The translations under genes and the position numbers were made by a program. DNA of 64,000 bases from positions 3,232,001-3,296,000 of the forward strand of contig CAXXLQ010000004.1 of NCBI GenBank assembly GCA_963668695.2. Direction: 5' to 3'. Below the pieces are notes generated by a model. The model made no database searches, had not been told where the DNA came from, and worked only from the letters and a program-made list of their open reading frames with translations. This document shows, piece after piece, positions 21,879 to 38,966 of this stretch (position 1 is its first letter; every line of letters starts with the position of its first letter). Origin of the DNA: Vicinamibacteria bacterium. GTDB lineage: Bacteria; Acidobacteriota; Vicinamibacteria; Marinacidobacterales; Marinacidobacteraceae.

Positions 21879-21992
21879 CGGCGATCCTTCTGGACGCCGG
21901 GACGACGGCTTGCCCTTCGCGTCGCAGCCGCCTTACCGAGCACCTCGAATCCGCGGGTACGGCTGCACTCCGTGGGAAAGGAGAATTTAGGC

Positions 21993-23072
21993 ATGCCAAT
22001 CGAAGTCGGGGTATGGCGTCTGGGGAACGATCTGAAGCAGATTCCCTTCTCATCCTTGGACAGGGAGTCGAGGCTCGAGGAGGCGCTCGCCGAGGACATC
22101 TCGATCCTCTCGCCGGGACTGATGCTAGTGGGCCGTCAGATCCCAACGGCCTACGGGAAGTTCCTGGACATCCTGGCGATCGACGCCGAAGGGAACCTAC
22201 ACGTCATCGAACTAAAAAGAGACCGGACGCCGAGGGATGTAGTCGCGCAACTGCTTGACTACGCGTCCTGGGTGGAAAGCCTTTCCTACGACCAAATCGC
22301 TCAGATCTACTCCGAGAAGAACGGCGGCAACGAACTCGAGAAGGCATTCGCGGAGTCTTTCGGTGCCAGCCCGCCGGAAAAGCTCAACCAGAGCCACGAA
22401 CTAGTCGTTGTCGCCTCCGACCTCGATCCCAGCAGCGAACGAATCATCGGTTATCTGAGCGACAACTACGGCGTCCCGATCAACGCTGTGTTCTTTCGCT
22501 ACTTCGAGGACGCCGGCAAGAACTACCTCATTCGGACCTGGCTCGTCGACCCGAAGAAGGCGGAAGCCAGGGTCAGCGGTCCTGGCAAGTCGAAGCACCG
22601 CGAGCCATGGAACGGTCGCGACTTCTACGTATCGCTGGGTGACTCGCGCCACCGGACATGGGAGGACTGCATGAAGTATGGGTTTGTCTCGGGAGGAGGA
22701 GGCAAGTGGTACAGCCAGACTCTGGATCTCCTGTTTCCGGAAGCGCGGGTCTTCGTCAATATCCCGGGAACTGGTTATGTGGGCGTTGGCACAGTGAAAG
22801 GAAAGTCGGTCCCCATCACTGAATTCAAAGTGAAGCACAATGGCACCGAGGTTCCGGTTCTGGAAGCTCCGCTCAATGCCCCGGACTTGGCAGAGCACGC
22901 GCAAGAACCGGAGAATTACGAATTCTTCGTGCCGGTCGAATGGATCAAGACCGTACCCCGGGAGCAGGCCTACTGGGAAAAAGGCCTCTTCGCAATCCAG
23001 CACACCGCCTGCCGCCTCAGGAATCAATTCACGCTGGAGAGGCTCGTGCAGCACTTCGATCTCGACCAGTGA
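21993..23072 (+). CDS. NucS-like (DUF91) PD-(D/E)xK endonuclease domain protein
   Basis: AGGAGA RBS; LVGRQ, LDILAIDAEGNLHVIELKR, VAQLLDYASW. Confidence 0.8.
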   Translation: MPIEVGVWRLGNDLKQIPFSSLDRESRLEEALAEDISILSPGLMLVGRQIPTAYGKFLDILAIDAEGNLHVIELKRDRTPRDVVAQLLDYASWVESLSYDQIAQIYSEKNGGNELEKAFAESFGASPPEKLNQSHELVVVASDLDPSSERIIGYLSDNYGVPINAVFFRYFEDAGKNYLIRTWLVDPKKAEARVSGPGKSKHREPWNGRDFYVSLGDSRHRTWEDCMKYGFVSGGGGKWYSQTLDLLFPEARVFVNIPGTGYVGVGTVKGKSVPITEFKVKHNGTEVPVLEAPLNAPDLAEHAQEPENYEFFVPVEWIKTVPREQAYWEKGLFAIQHTACRLRNQFTLERLVQHFDLDQ

Positions 23073-23215
23073 AAATCGTGACCTGTGACAACGAACTTGC
23101 GTGACAGCAATGAGAGCCAGGTCGTGTTAGGGCCAGCAGTGGTTGCGGCGGGCGGGGAAGCAGACCCCCAGAGGAAGCGCACCTGACGGACTCGAAAGGG
23201 GCCCTGCAGGGGCTC

Positions 23216-25275
23216 GTGCAAGATCGTGGAAAGCGGCTTGCAGGAACCAAGACGCCAGCACGTCTCGGACAATCCCTCGCGGTTAGACGTACGGTCGCCT
23301 TGGCCGCCATCTTCGCCACGAGTTGCGTAGGTTCCGACCAGGTGTCCACCGAGTCCGAAACCCCCGACTGGCCGGACCGCTACGCCGAGTACGACGCGGC
23401 CATCGGGGACGTCCCCGAGTACCGGGGGGTCCAGGCGCGCCTCGCCACCGGCTGGAATACCTGGGACAGCCGCAGCGTGCTGCGCTACGTGCTGCTGCCC
23501 GAGGGGCTCGCCGTGAACCTCGGCCTCAAGCGGCACGCGTTCCTCGATGAGAACCATCTCGAAGCGGCGCTCATCGGGCGGCGGGAAGAAGGCGCCGAAA
23601 CGGTGCGTCCCGGGATCCGCGCCGCGAACGGGTCCTACCAGCGGCTCGAAATCGCCTGGCGGGGCCTCTCGGCGGTGGTGGAGGCAGGACGCGACGAGGA
23701 CGGCGAGCTGGTGGTCCTGGTGACTCCGGAGCCCGCCTCCGACGCCGCCTCCGACGCCCCCTTCGAACTGGTGGTGAGCGCGGGGATGGCCTGGAATCGC
23801 CCCGGCTCGGTGGAATCGGCGCCGGACGGGCTCATCGCCCGGTTGCCGGACGGCGAGAAGGCGATTCGGGTCGCCGGAATCCTCGAGGCCGACCCCTATG
23901 CCGGCGGCCTGACGCCGCACCGGGTGGTGCGGCTCGGCGGGCCGGTTGGGGTGTTCACCGGCCGCCGGGGGGAACCGGCGAAGACAACCTCCGACATCCG
24001 CCGGACGCTCGACGCCCGGCGCCAAGAACTCGAAGCCCGCGCCGCGGAATTCGGGGAACTCGCGGAGGCGTGGCTCGCGGTGACTTCCGGGTTCGCCTGG
24101 AACACGGTGTACGAACCCCGCCACCGGCGGGTGGTCCCCACCGTGGGCCGTCTCTGGAACCGGGAGTACGGCGGCGTCGCGCTCTTCGGCTGGGACAACT
24201 TCTTCCTCGGCTACCTCGCCTCGCTCGAGAGCCGCGACCTGGCGCTCGCCGCCATCGTCGAACACCTGCGCGGCCACACCGCCGAGGGGTTCCTGCCGAA
24301 CGACAACCGGGGGAACGGCAGCAAGTCCTGGGACCGGTCCCAGCCGCCGGTGGGCGGGATCATGGTGCGCGAGGTGTACCGGCGCTTCCCCGAGCGCTGG
24401 TTCCTGGAAGCGGTTTTCGATCCCCTGCTCGCCTGGAACCGCTGGTGGCCGGAGGCCCGCGGCAACGGCGATCTCCTCTCCTACGGATCCCACGAGGCGA
24501 AGAACCCCTTCGCCGAGCCGGTGGCGCGGACGAAGACCGCCGCCGGCTACGAGTCCGGGATGGACGACTCGCCGATGTACGAAGACGTCCCCTTCAACCG
24601 CGAGCAAAACGTCCTCGAGCTCCAGGACGTCGGGCTGAACAGCCTCTATATCGCCGACTGCCGGGCGCTTGCCGAGATGGCGCGCCTCCTCGGGCGGGCG
24701 GCCGAGGCGGACGAGCTCGAAGCCCGGGCGGACGCCTTCGGCGCCGCGCTCGACACCCTCTGGGTCGAAGAGCGGGGCTACTACCTCAACTACCGCACCG
24801 ACCTGGAACGGCCCTCGGAGCGCCGCTCCCCCACCCTCTTCTACCCGCTCCTCGCGGGCGTGGCTTCCGAGGCGCGCGCCGGCCGCCTCATCCGGGAGCA
24901 CCTGCTCAACCCCGAGGAGTTCTGGGGCGAGTTCGTGCTCCCGTCCACGACGCGCGACGACCCCTCCTTCGCCCGCCAGCGCTACTGGAAAGGCGCGATC
25001 TGGCCGCCGCTCAACTTCCTCACCTACCTGGGGCTCCGGCGCGCCGGCGACCGGGCGACCGCGGCCGAGCTTTCGGCGCGTTCTCTCGATATGTTTCTCC
25101 GGGAGTGGCGGCGGAAGGGTTACGTGAGCGAAAACATCTCCTCGATCTCCGGAACCGGGGACGACGAGCGACTTTCGAGCGATCCCTTCCACTCGTGGGG
25201 CGCGCTCTTCGGGATCATGGCGTTCATCGAGTCCGGCCACCTCGGCTCCCCCGAAGCCCCGCTCCCCGGCATCCG

Positions 25276-25279
<4 letters not shown>
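23216..25279 (+). CDS. Glycoside hydrolase, GH63/trehalase-like (alpha/alpha)6 fold
   Basis: LFGWDNFF, DRSQPP, YESGMDDSP, YWKGAIWPP, ENI; start uncertain (TTG ~23300 possible). Confidence 0.8.
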
Positions 25280-31880
<6,601 letters not shown>

Positions 31881-32084
31881 ACAGGGACCGCCGGTCTCGG
31901 GACCGGCATCGTGCATCGCTGACAGAGAAAAAGCGCGGGGACGGCTTGGAACGCCGACCTCTGGCCAGTTCTCCCGGTGGGGGCCGGCACCGCGGCCCGC
32001 GAGGGCCGCGGCCGGTTCATTGCTGCCGGCTTTCAAGGGACGCAGGCGGGGTAACGCTACGCTAGCCACCGGCGCGGGGAACAC

Positions 32085-32399
32085 ATGCCAGAGATCACGC
32101 TGCGGGCGAATTTCCACCGGGAGCGCGACCAGTGGATCGGATGGTGTCCTGACCTCGATGTGACCACCCAGGGCGACACGCGACGGGAAGCCGAAGAGAA
32201 CTTGCGGGAAGCGGTGAGTCTCTTCCTCGAAACGTGTCAGGAGATGGGGACCTTGGAAGATGTGTTGCGCGAGGCCAAGCTGTTCCCTGGGCTGTTCCCT
32301 GGGCTGTTCCCCCTACCCGAGGTGAAAATCTTCCGGATTCCCTCGCCCTTGCTCGTGGAATCCCGGAAGGACTCCCGTGCCTCGGCTCCAACCGCTTAG
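32085..32399 (+). CDS. hicB: HicB-like antitoxin
   Basis: WIGWCPDLDVTTQGDTRREAEENLREAVSLFLE. Confidence 0.8.
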   Translation: MPEITLRANFHRERDQWIGWCPDLDVTTQGDTRREAEENLREAVSLFLETCQEMGTLEDVLREAKLFPGLFPGLFPLPEVKIFRIPSPLLVESRKDSRASAPTA

Positions 32400-32891
32400 T
32401 TAGCAGCCTGTGGTGGAACCCGGGTGAGCGCCGAGGCTGGCCAGTTCTCCCGGTGGGGGCGAGGCCCAGTTCTCCCGGTGGGGCCAGTCCTCCCGGTGGG
32501 GGCCCGGCTGACAAGGCGCGTGAGGGAGGAGCCCCCACCGGGAGAACTGGCCCGGGTGTATTTCGACCGAAACGCAACGATGAGCGGCGCGCAGCGACGC
32601 GGTTCAGCCGGGATGGATCGCCGGCCGAGCCCCCACCGGGAGAACTGGGCCGCGCGGGTTTCACCACAGGCTGCTAGGGTCGAGATCCTCATCAAGGTCT
32701 TCGAGGCCGACGGATGAGTGCGGTCCAGACAGAAGGGTTCGCACCTGAGCATGACCAAACCGGGTCACAAGCGTCCGGTAGTCGTCATCACGAGCAAGAA
32801 GGAAGCGGAGGTCTGGCTGATCCGGACGAATCTGAGAACGGCCGGAATGAGCCGGGATAGGTACTTCGCGCTTCTGGAACAAGTTCGCTGA
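32377..32891 (+). pseudogene. hicA: HicA toxin, interrupted by a MITE and a nonsense codon
   Basis: Removing 32400-32677 restores MPRLQPLRVEILIKVFEADG*VRSRQKGSHLSMTKPG...AGMSRDRYFALL (HicA GSH motif); TGA at 32715. Confidence 0.8.
32400..32677. mobile_element. MITE-like element, copy 2 (five ~20-bp inserts)
   Basis: TIRs TAGCAGCCTGTGGTGGAACCCG / CGGGTTTCACCACAGGCTGCTA; TAG on both sides; internal homology to copy 1. Confidence 0.85.
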
Positions 32892-32954
32892 GGACCGCGT
32901 CGCAGCCGACCCGACGAAGGCCGAGCCGCCCGTCGCGCTGGGACAATCGGCCGC

Positions 32955-33683
32955 ATGAGCCGTCATTCAGTCCGGCGCCATCTGCGCGTCGAGGTCAGCG
33001 CCTACGACGAGGCGATTCGGCGTTTCATCCCGGGGTACGAGGCGATGCTCGACGTCGCCGCCGCCGAGATCGCGCGCGTGGAGCCGCGACGCGTCCTTGA
33101 CCTCGGCGGCGGCACCGGCGCCCTCTCGGAGGCAATCCTCCTCGTGGCGCCGCATGCCGTGGTCGAGTTGATCGACGTGGACCGCGACATGCTGGCGAGG
33201 GCGCGGGAGCGCCTCGCCCGTTTCGGCGCTCGGGCACGCTTTCACGAGGCGTCTTTCGACGATCCCCTTCCGGAGGCCGACGCCGTCGCCGCCTCGCTCG
33301 CACTCCACCACGTCCCCACGATGCACGAGAAGCAGCGGCTCTTCGTTCGGATTCACGACTGCCTCCGCCCGGGCGGCGTCTTCGTGAATGCCGACGCCAC
33401 GATGCCGACGGATCCCGGGCCCCGCCAGGCCACCTGGCGCGCCTGGACCGCCCATCTCGTGTCCTGCGGGATTTCGGAGGAGCGCGCGTACCGGCACTTC
33501 GCCGAATGGCAGGAGGAGGACACCTACTTTCCGCCCGAAGAGGAGGCTGCGGCGATGTGCAGCGCCGGCTTCGAGGTGGCGGCGGTGTGGAGTGAGCGCC
33601 CGATGGTGGTCGCGGTCGGGAGTCGGCCCGTCCAGCGTCCGAGCAACGTCCGCGCCGGCGTCGCTGTCACGAACGCCAGGTAA
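32955..33683 (+). CDS. Class I SAM-dependent methyltransferase
   Basis: VLDLGGGTG, ASLALHH, LRPGGVFVNAD. Confidence 0.85.
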   Translation: MSRHSVRRHLRVEVSAYDEAIRRFIPGYEAMLDVAAAEIARVEPRRVLDLGGGTGALSEAILLVAPHAVVELIDVDRDMLARARERLARFGARARFHEASFDDPLPEADAVAASLALHHVPTMHEKQRLFVRIHDCLRPGGVFVNADATMPTDPGPRQATWRAWTAHLVSCGISEERAYRHFAEWQEEDTYFPPEEEAAAMCSAGFEVAAVWSERPMVVAVGSRPVQRPSNVRAGVAVTNAR

Positions 33684-33784
33684 CTCCCCACCGCGCAGCC
33701 GGCCAGCGCCAACGCGCTACCGGCAGCAGCCTGGCCGCGTCGCCGCGGGCGAAGGCGTGCTGCGCCCGGAAACCCGCGGCGCGG

Positions 33785-34207
33785 TCAGGGGTTGTCGAGG
33801 TGCCGTACAAAAGCCGCCGGACTGAGGATCGGGATCCCGGCGAACCCGGCCATTGCCAGAAGATCCTGATCGCCGCTCACCAGGACATCCGCCTTTCCCA
33901 TTTGCGCCGTCTCAAGCATTTTGTCGTCGTCGGGGTCGCGGCATCCCATCCGAGACCCCGCGATCCAGATCCATTCCGACACCGCCCGAAGCCGCGCCAG
34001 GAAAGCTGCTCTCATCATCCGGCTTGCGTAAGGATCGAACTTCGCCTTGAGCAAACGGGTCCGAAGTTCGTCAAACGTCTCGTCCGAAAACAACAAGACC
34101 CCGCTCCGGCGAGCGACCGCATCCATTGCGGAACGCGGCGGACCCTGCGGCCAGAGTGCCGCGCCGATCAAACCGTTGGTGTCGAGAACAACCCGCTCAG
34201 CTCTCAT
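33785..34207 (-). CDS. PIN-family putative toxin
   Basis: VVLDTN, CRDPDDDKMLETA, LVSGDQDLL. Confidence 0.85.
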   Translation of the reverse strand: MRAERVVLDTNGLIGAALWPQGPPRSAMDAVARRSGVLLFSDETFDELRTRLLKAKFDPYASRMMRAAFLARLRAVSEWIWIAGSRMGCRDPDDDKMLETAQMGKADVLVSGDQDLLAMAGFAGIPILSPAAFVRHLDNP

Positions 34208-34448
34208 CTGCGAGGAGCTCGCTCAAAACGGCCGGCGTAAGCGCGTTGGCGGAGGCTTCCTCGCCGATGGCATCCATCGTCGCTGCAAGACGCTCCCAAG
34301 CGGCGCCGCGAAGGCGCTCGTACTGCTCAATGGACATCACGACGCTGACCCCGCGACCCCTCCGGGTCAGCAGGACGGGCGCCCGTTGGGAAGCATCCAA
34401 CAGGTGTCCGAATCGGTTCTTGGCATCACGAGCCGCGATCTCTTTCAT
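34197..34448 (-). CDS. Phd/YefM-family antitoxin
   Basis: AARDAKNRFGHLLD..QRAPVLLTRRGR; perfect palindrome TAATAGCTATTA at 34456-34467 upstream. Confidence 0.9.
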   Translation of the reverse strand: MKEIAARDAKNRFGHLLDASQRAPVLLTRRGRGVSVVMSIEQYERLRGAAWERLAATMDAIGEEASANALTPAVLSELLADES

Positions 34449-34615
34449 GTGGCCATAATAGCTATTAGAGCCAACTCACTACCAACGAGACCGGCGGTCA
34501 ACGGGAAAGCCACACCGGCCCAGGAAGGCGGCTTCGGGGCATGCTCCGAGTCGTTGAGTTCGGTCGGTGAGTTCAGTCGGGGAGCTTGGTCGAGCCCCGT
34601 GACGCAATCGCCCCC

Positions 34616-35749
34616 TCACCCCCCGAGCATCGTCCGCGCCAGCGTCCCCATCCCGAACCCGAGGTAGTTCCCCACCGCGTAACCGGCGAGCGCGACCGCG
34701 ATCCCGGGGAGCAGCTTGTCGCCGTAGCCGCGGGCCGAGGCGATCGCCACCGCCGAGGCGGCGCCTCCGATGTTCGCCTGGGAGGCCACCACCAGGGTGC
34801 CCGCGTCGAACTTGAGCAACCGCCCGACGCCGAAGATCACGAGCCCGTGGATCGCCACCGTGGTGAGGGCGAACAGGAAAAGCGCCGGCCCCGCGGCAAG
34901 CATCTCGGAGACCAGCGACTGCGCCCCGTTCCCGGCGAGGAACAGGTAGAGGAGCGAGTTGCCGAGCACCGGCGCGCCCCTGAGTTTCCGGACGGGCGCG
35001 GTGTGGCCGAGGACGAGCGCGATGGTGGTCAGCCAAAGGACCGCCGGAATCGCCGGCACCGCCGCTTCGGCGAGCCGCGCGGTCACCATCGCCCCCAGGG
35101 TGATCGCGGCGAGCCCGAAAAAGTCCATCATCCGGAGGCTCTCGCCGCTCTCCTTGAGCCGCTGCTCGAGTGTCAGCGGCGCGTCGCCGGGCCGGACCGG
35201 ATCGAGCTCCTTCCCGCCGTAGAGAAGCGCGGGGACGATGAGGCAGGTCGCGAGCCAGGCGACGGTCACGATCACGTCCGCGGCCACCGCCGCCGACATG
35301 ACGTTCGGGTCGGTGCCGAAGGCGCTCGCGAGCGCGTAGAAGTTGGCTCCGCCGCCGATATAGGTCCCGGTGAACTGACCGGTCAGCTTCCAGGCCTCGC
35401 CGCCCACCGAGCCGGAGAGCAGGAAAAACGCCACCAGCGTTCCCAGCATGGTGCCGAGCGCTCCGAGCCCGAAAGCCCCGAGCATGCTCTTCCCCGCGTC
35501 CCGAATCGTCCGCAGGTCCACGTTCAGCAGGACCAGCACGATCGCGGCGTTCACCCAGATATTGCCGAGCTGGTAGTAGGCCTCCGCGTCTCCGGGGAGG
35601 AGCCCCGAATTCGAGAGCACCATGCCGAAGACGAGGCACATGAGCCCGGCGCTCATGGCCCGGAAGAAGCGGTAGCGCCCTTCGAGCCAGACCGCGAGGA
35701 ACACCGCGGCGGCGAGCGCCAGGAAAATGCCGAAGGGATCCTGGATCAC
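34616..35749 (-). CDS. DUF819-family membrane protein
   Basis: Multiple TM helices; GTYIGGGANF, ASQANIGGAASA, GYAVGNYLG. Confidence 0.85.
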   Translation of the reverse strand: MIQDPFGIFLALAAAVFLAVWLEGRYRFFRAMSAGLMCLVFGMVLSNSGLLPGDAEAYYQLGNIWVNAAIVLVLLNVDLRTIRDAGKSMLGAFGLGALGTMLGTLVAFFLLSGSVGGEAWKLTGQFTGTYIGGGANFYALASAFGTDPNVMSAAVAADVIVTVAWLATCLIVPALLYGGKELDPVRPGDAPLTLEQRLKESGESLRMMDFFGLAAITLGAMVTARLAEAAVPAIPAVLWLTTIALVLGHTAPVRKLRGAPVLGNSLLYLFLAGNGAQSLVSEMLAAGPALFLFALTTVAIHGLVIFGVGRLLKFDAGTLVVASQANIGGAASAVAIASARGYGDKLLPGIAVALAGYAVGNYLGFGMGTLARTMLGG

Positions 35750-35806
35750 GGCGGTCAGTTCTCCCGGTGGGGGCCCTTTCCCGCGGTCAGCGCCCGGCTT
35801 TCCCGC

Positions 35807-35905
35807 TCAGCGGACCCAATTCAGCGGACCCAGTTCAGCGGGCCCAATTCAACGGGCCCAATTCAACGGGCCCAATTCAGCGGACCCAAGTTCAGCGGAT
35901 CCATT
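35807..35905. repeat. 14-bp tandem repeat x7 (TCA[G/A]CGG[A/G]CCCAAT)
   Basis: Direct reading; the last unit contains the stop codon of the FAH gene. Confidence 0.9.
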
Positions 35906-37004
35906 CCGCCCACTCGCGCACCGGGTTCACGAGCGTCCCGATGCCCTCGGCCCAGCAGGCGGCGGTGTCGCCGGGTTTCATGAAAATGGGTGGAGTCCGG
36001 GCGTAGCCCACCCCGCCCGGGGTCCCGGTGGCGATCACGTCGCCCGGCCGGAGGATTAGGTTGTGGGAGGCGAACTGGATCAGTTCCGGGATCTGGTGCT
36101 CCATCAGGCTGGTGTTGGCGTCTTGCATGATCTCCCCGGAGAGCGTGAAGCGGATGTCCAGGACGTGGGGGTCCGCGACGAACTCGGCCGGAGTGATGAA
36201 GGGGCCGAGGGGAGCGAAGGTCTCGGTGGACTTCCACACCAGCCAGTCGGAGCCGTAGCGGTCGTCCCCCCGTCCCTCACGGTCTCCCACGTCGTTCATC
36301 ATGGTGTAGCCGAAGATGTGGGCGCCGGCGTCCCCGGCCTCCACGTCGCTCGCGGGCTGGCCGATCACCACCGCCAGCTCGCATTCCCAGTCCACCATCT
36401 CCCGCTGGGGCTTCATCAGGATCGGCTCGCCGTGGCCGATGACGATGCTGCCCGGCTTCATGAACAGGTAGGGGTTCTGGCGGCGGTCCCCTTCCTCGCG
36501 CTCCCAGAAATGGTCCATCGAGACCTGGGTCTCGTCGAGCGCCGAGGCGTCCGACATGCCGGCGGGCGCGCCGGTGGTCATCTCCGTTCCGTGCGCCGGG
36601 TAGTTGAGGGCGGTGGCGAGGATGAGCCCGGGGCGCACCGGAGGAAACACATGGAGCCCCTCGAGGTCGTGGAGCCACCGCGGCCGCTCGTCCGCGGGGC
36701 CGTCGAGCAGCGGGACCACCTGGTCCACGATGGCGTGCACCCGGTCCCGCATGCCGATCGCCCAGCGGCCCGCCAGTTCCTTCATGTCCTCGGGCATCGG
36801 GAGCCGCACCCAGAGCCGGTTATGCCGCTCGAGGGAGGCGTTGGCCCCGGCGAGGTCCACCGCGTAGGCGTCGCGGAGGACGATCCCCAGGAAGGACTCT
36901 CCCCGATCTTCGAAGCTTCCGAGCCGGAACGGCTCGACCGAAGCGGCGGCCGGAGCGGCCAGCAGCACGGCGGCGGCGAGCGCAAGGACGGAGCCTCTGA
37001 TCAC
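35892..37004 (-). CDS. Fumarylacetoacetate hydrolase family protein with signal peptide
   Basis: LNYPAH, PYLFMK, VDWECELAVVIG, GYTMMNDV, FAPLGP, PGDVIATGTPGGVG. Confidence 0.9.
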   Translation of the reverse strand: MIRGSVLALAAAVLLAAPAAASVEPFRLGSFEDRGESFLGIVLRDAYAVDLAGANASLERHNRLWVRLPMPEDMKELAGRWAIGMRDRVHAIVDQVVPLLDGPADERPRWLHDLEGLHVFPPVRPGLILATALNYPAHGTEMTTGAPAGMSDASALDETQVSMDHFWEREEGDRRQNPYLFMKPGSIVIGHGEPILMKPQREMVDWECELAVVIGQPASDVEAGDAGAHIFGYTMMNDVGDREGRGDDRYGSDWLVWKSTETFAPLGPFITPAEFVADPHVLDIRFTLSGEIMQDANTSLMEHQIPELIQFASHNLILRPGDVIATGTPGGVGYARTPPIFMKPGDTAACWAEGIGTLVNPVREWAEWIR

Positions 37005-37078
37005 GGCGCCGGAGTATGCCAGAGGGAACGCCGGCCAGTCCTCCCGGTGGGGGCCTTCGAGCGCGCTCGAACGCCGCG

Positions 37079-37300
37079 TTAACAGCCCGTAGCGAAACCC
37101 ACGCGGCGTTCGAGCGGCGATGCATCCCGGCTGAACCGCCCCCCCACCGGGAGAACTGGCGCTTTGCGGCGCTCGGCGTTGCGTTTCGGTCGAATTGCAC
37201 TCGGGCCAGTTCTCCCGGTGGGGGCTCCTCCCTCGCGCGCCTTGTCAGCCGGGCGTCTCGCCCGTCTCGGCGCTCACCCGGGTTCCACCACAGGCTGTCA
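37079..37300. mobile_element. MITE-like element, copy 3 (inverted, two inserts, one end degenerate)
   Basis: Reverse-complement homology to copies 1 and 2; ends TAACAGCCCGTAG / CCACAGGCTGTCA. Confidence 0.7.
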
Positions 37301-37445
37301 AGCAACGACGGTGGCGCCATGCACGAACGAATGCACGAACTTTGGATAGGCTCCGGTGCCGAAACGAAGACAGCTCAGTGGCGGAGTCCATCGAGAGAAG
37401 CGACGGCGCCACGCTGCGGGACGGGACACCAGGAGTTCGGGAGCA

Positions 37446-38687
37446 ATGACGATCGGGACAACCACCCGTGCGGTCGCCGCAGCGGCGGTGTGTACCGCGA
37501 TCCTCTCCGGGTGCGGGGGCGAAGGGAGCAGCCCGCTGTCCGCCTCGATGGATTCGCCGCCTCCCTTGCCGCTCGGCACCGGCGCCGAGATGTGCACGAA
37601 CGGCAGCGCCGGCGACTTCCGTTGTGACGGCATCTCGCTGCACAGCCGGGTGGCGCTCGACGTGATGGGCGGAAGGACCGGCAACGACATCTGGGGCTGG
37701 TCCGATGCGCAGACCGGCCAGGAGGTCGCCCTGATGGGTATGAACAACGGCACTGCCTTCGTCGACGTCTCCGACCCGGAGAATCCGGTCTTCCTCGGGC
37801 GGCTGCCGACCCAGACCGAGGAGTCCTTCTGGCGGGACGTCAAGGTCTATCGGGACCATGCGTACATCGTCGCGGACGACGCCGGCGCCCACGGCATGCA
37901 GGTGTTCGATCTGACGCGCCTGAGGGGGCTGTCGGCGGCCGAGACATTCGACGCCGACGTCGTCTACACCGAATTCGGGAATGCGCACAACCTGGCGATC
38001 AACGAGGAGACGGGCTTCGCCTACGCCATGGGGTCCGATACCTGCGAAAGGGGTCTGCACATCATCGACATCCAAACGCCCGACGATCCGCAATTCCGGG
38101 CCTGTCACGACGCGGCCCCGACGCACGACACCCAGTGCGTCGTCTACCGGGGGCCCGACGCCGAGCATCTCGATCGGGAGATATGCGTCAGCTCCAACGA
38201 AGATCATCTCGAAGTGGTGGACGTCACCGACAAGTCCGCTCCGCTGATCCTGTCCTCAACCACGTATCAGATGTTTGGCTTCGTCCATCAGGGGTGGCTG
38301 ACCGAGGACCACCGGTTCTTCCTCCTGGGGGATGAAGGGGACGAGCTCAGCTTCGGCGTGCGCACGCGCACGCACGTGTTCGACGTATCGGACCTGGATG
38401 CCCCGGTATACCTCTACCCGCACGAATCGGATACCCGCTCGACCGATCACAATCTGTACGTGCTGGGCGACCGCGTGTTCCAGGCCAACTACACCTCGGG
38501 ATTGAGAGTGCTGGAGCTGGGCGATCCGGCAGACCGGGAGTTGCAGGAGATCGCCTTCTTCGACACGTATCCCCAAGGCGACAGCGTCGGGTTCGCCGGC
38601 GCCTGGAGCGTGTATCCGTATCTGCCGTCGGGGACGATCATCGTCAGCGACATCTACAACGGGCTGTTCGTCCTTTCGATGCAGTAG
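37446..38687 (+). CDS. Choice-of-anchor B / LVIVD-repeat lipoprotein
   Basis: Lipobox LSGC; NDIWGW, WRDVKVY, HGMQVFDL, HQGWLTEDH, GAWSVYPYLPSG. Confidence 0.8.
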   Translation: MTIGTTTRAVAAAAVCTAILSGCGGEGSSPLSASMDSPPPLPLGTGAEMCTNGSAGDFRCDGISLHSRVALDVMGGRTGNDIWGWSDAQTGQEVALMGMNNGTAFVDVSDPENPVFLGRLPTQTEESFWRDVKVYRDHAYIVADDAGAHGMQVFDLTRLRGLSAAETFDADVVYTEFGNAHNLAINEETGFAYAMGSDTCERGLHIIDIQTPDDPQFRACHDAAPTHDTQCVVYRGPDAEHLDREICVSSNEDHLEVVDVTDKSAPLILSSTTYQMFGFVHQGWLTEDHRFFLLGDEGDELSFGVRTRTHVFDVSDLDAPVYLYPHESDTRSTDHNLYVLGDRVFQANYTSGLRVLELGDPADRELQEIAFFDTYPQGDSVGFAGAWSVYPYLPSGTIIVSDIYNGLFVLSMQ

Positions 38688-38966
38688 GCGCCGAAGCCGC
38701 TACCGGCGACCGAACACTGGCGGGCGCGCTTCCACCCTTCGGCTGGACCGCCGGCGCGGAGGAGAGCAGGATCGCGGCGTATCGACATGAACGCGACGGG
38801 CGGCGGATACGGCCCTCCCGCGGCGCGCCGGCGGGAACGCCGAGCCGGTCCTCGGGCGGGGGGGCCTCCAACTCAGACCGGCATCGCCGCCCGGAGGGCG
38901 ACAAAACCGCCGCCCCCCAATCTCCCCAATCCCCCGAAATCAATCTCCCCGAAAACGCTCCCCGCC

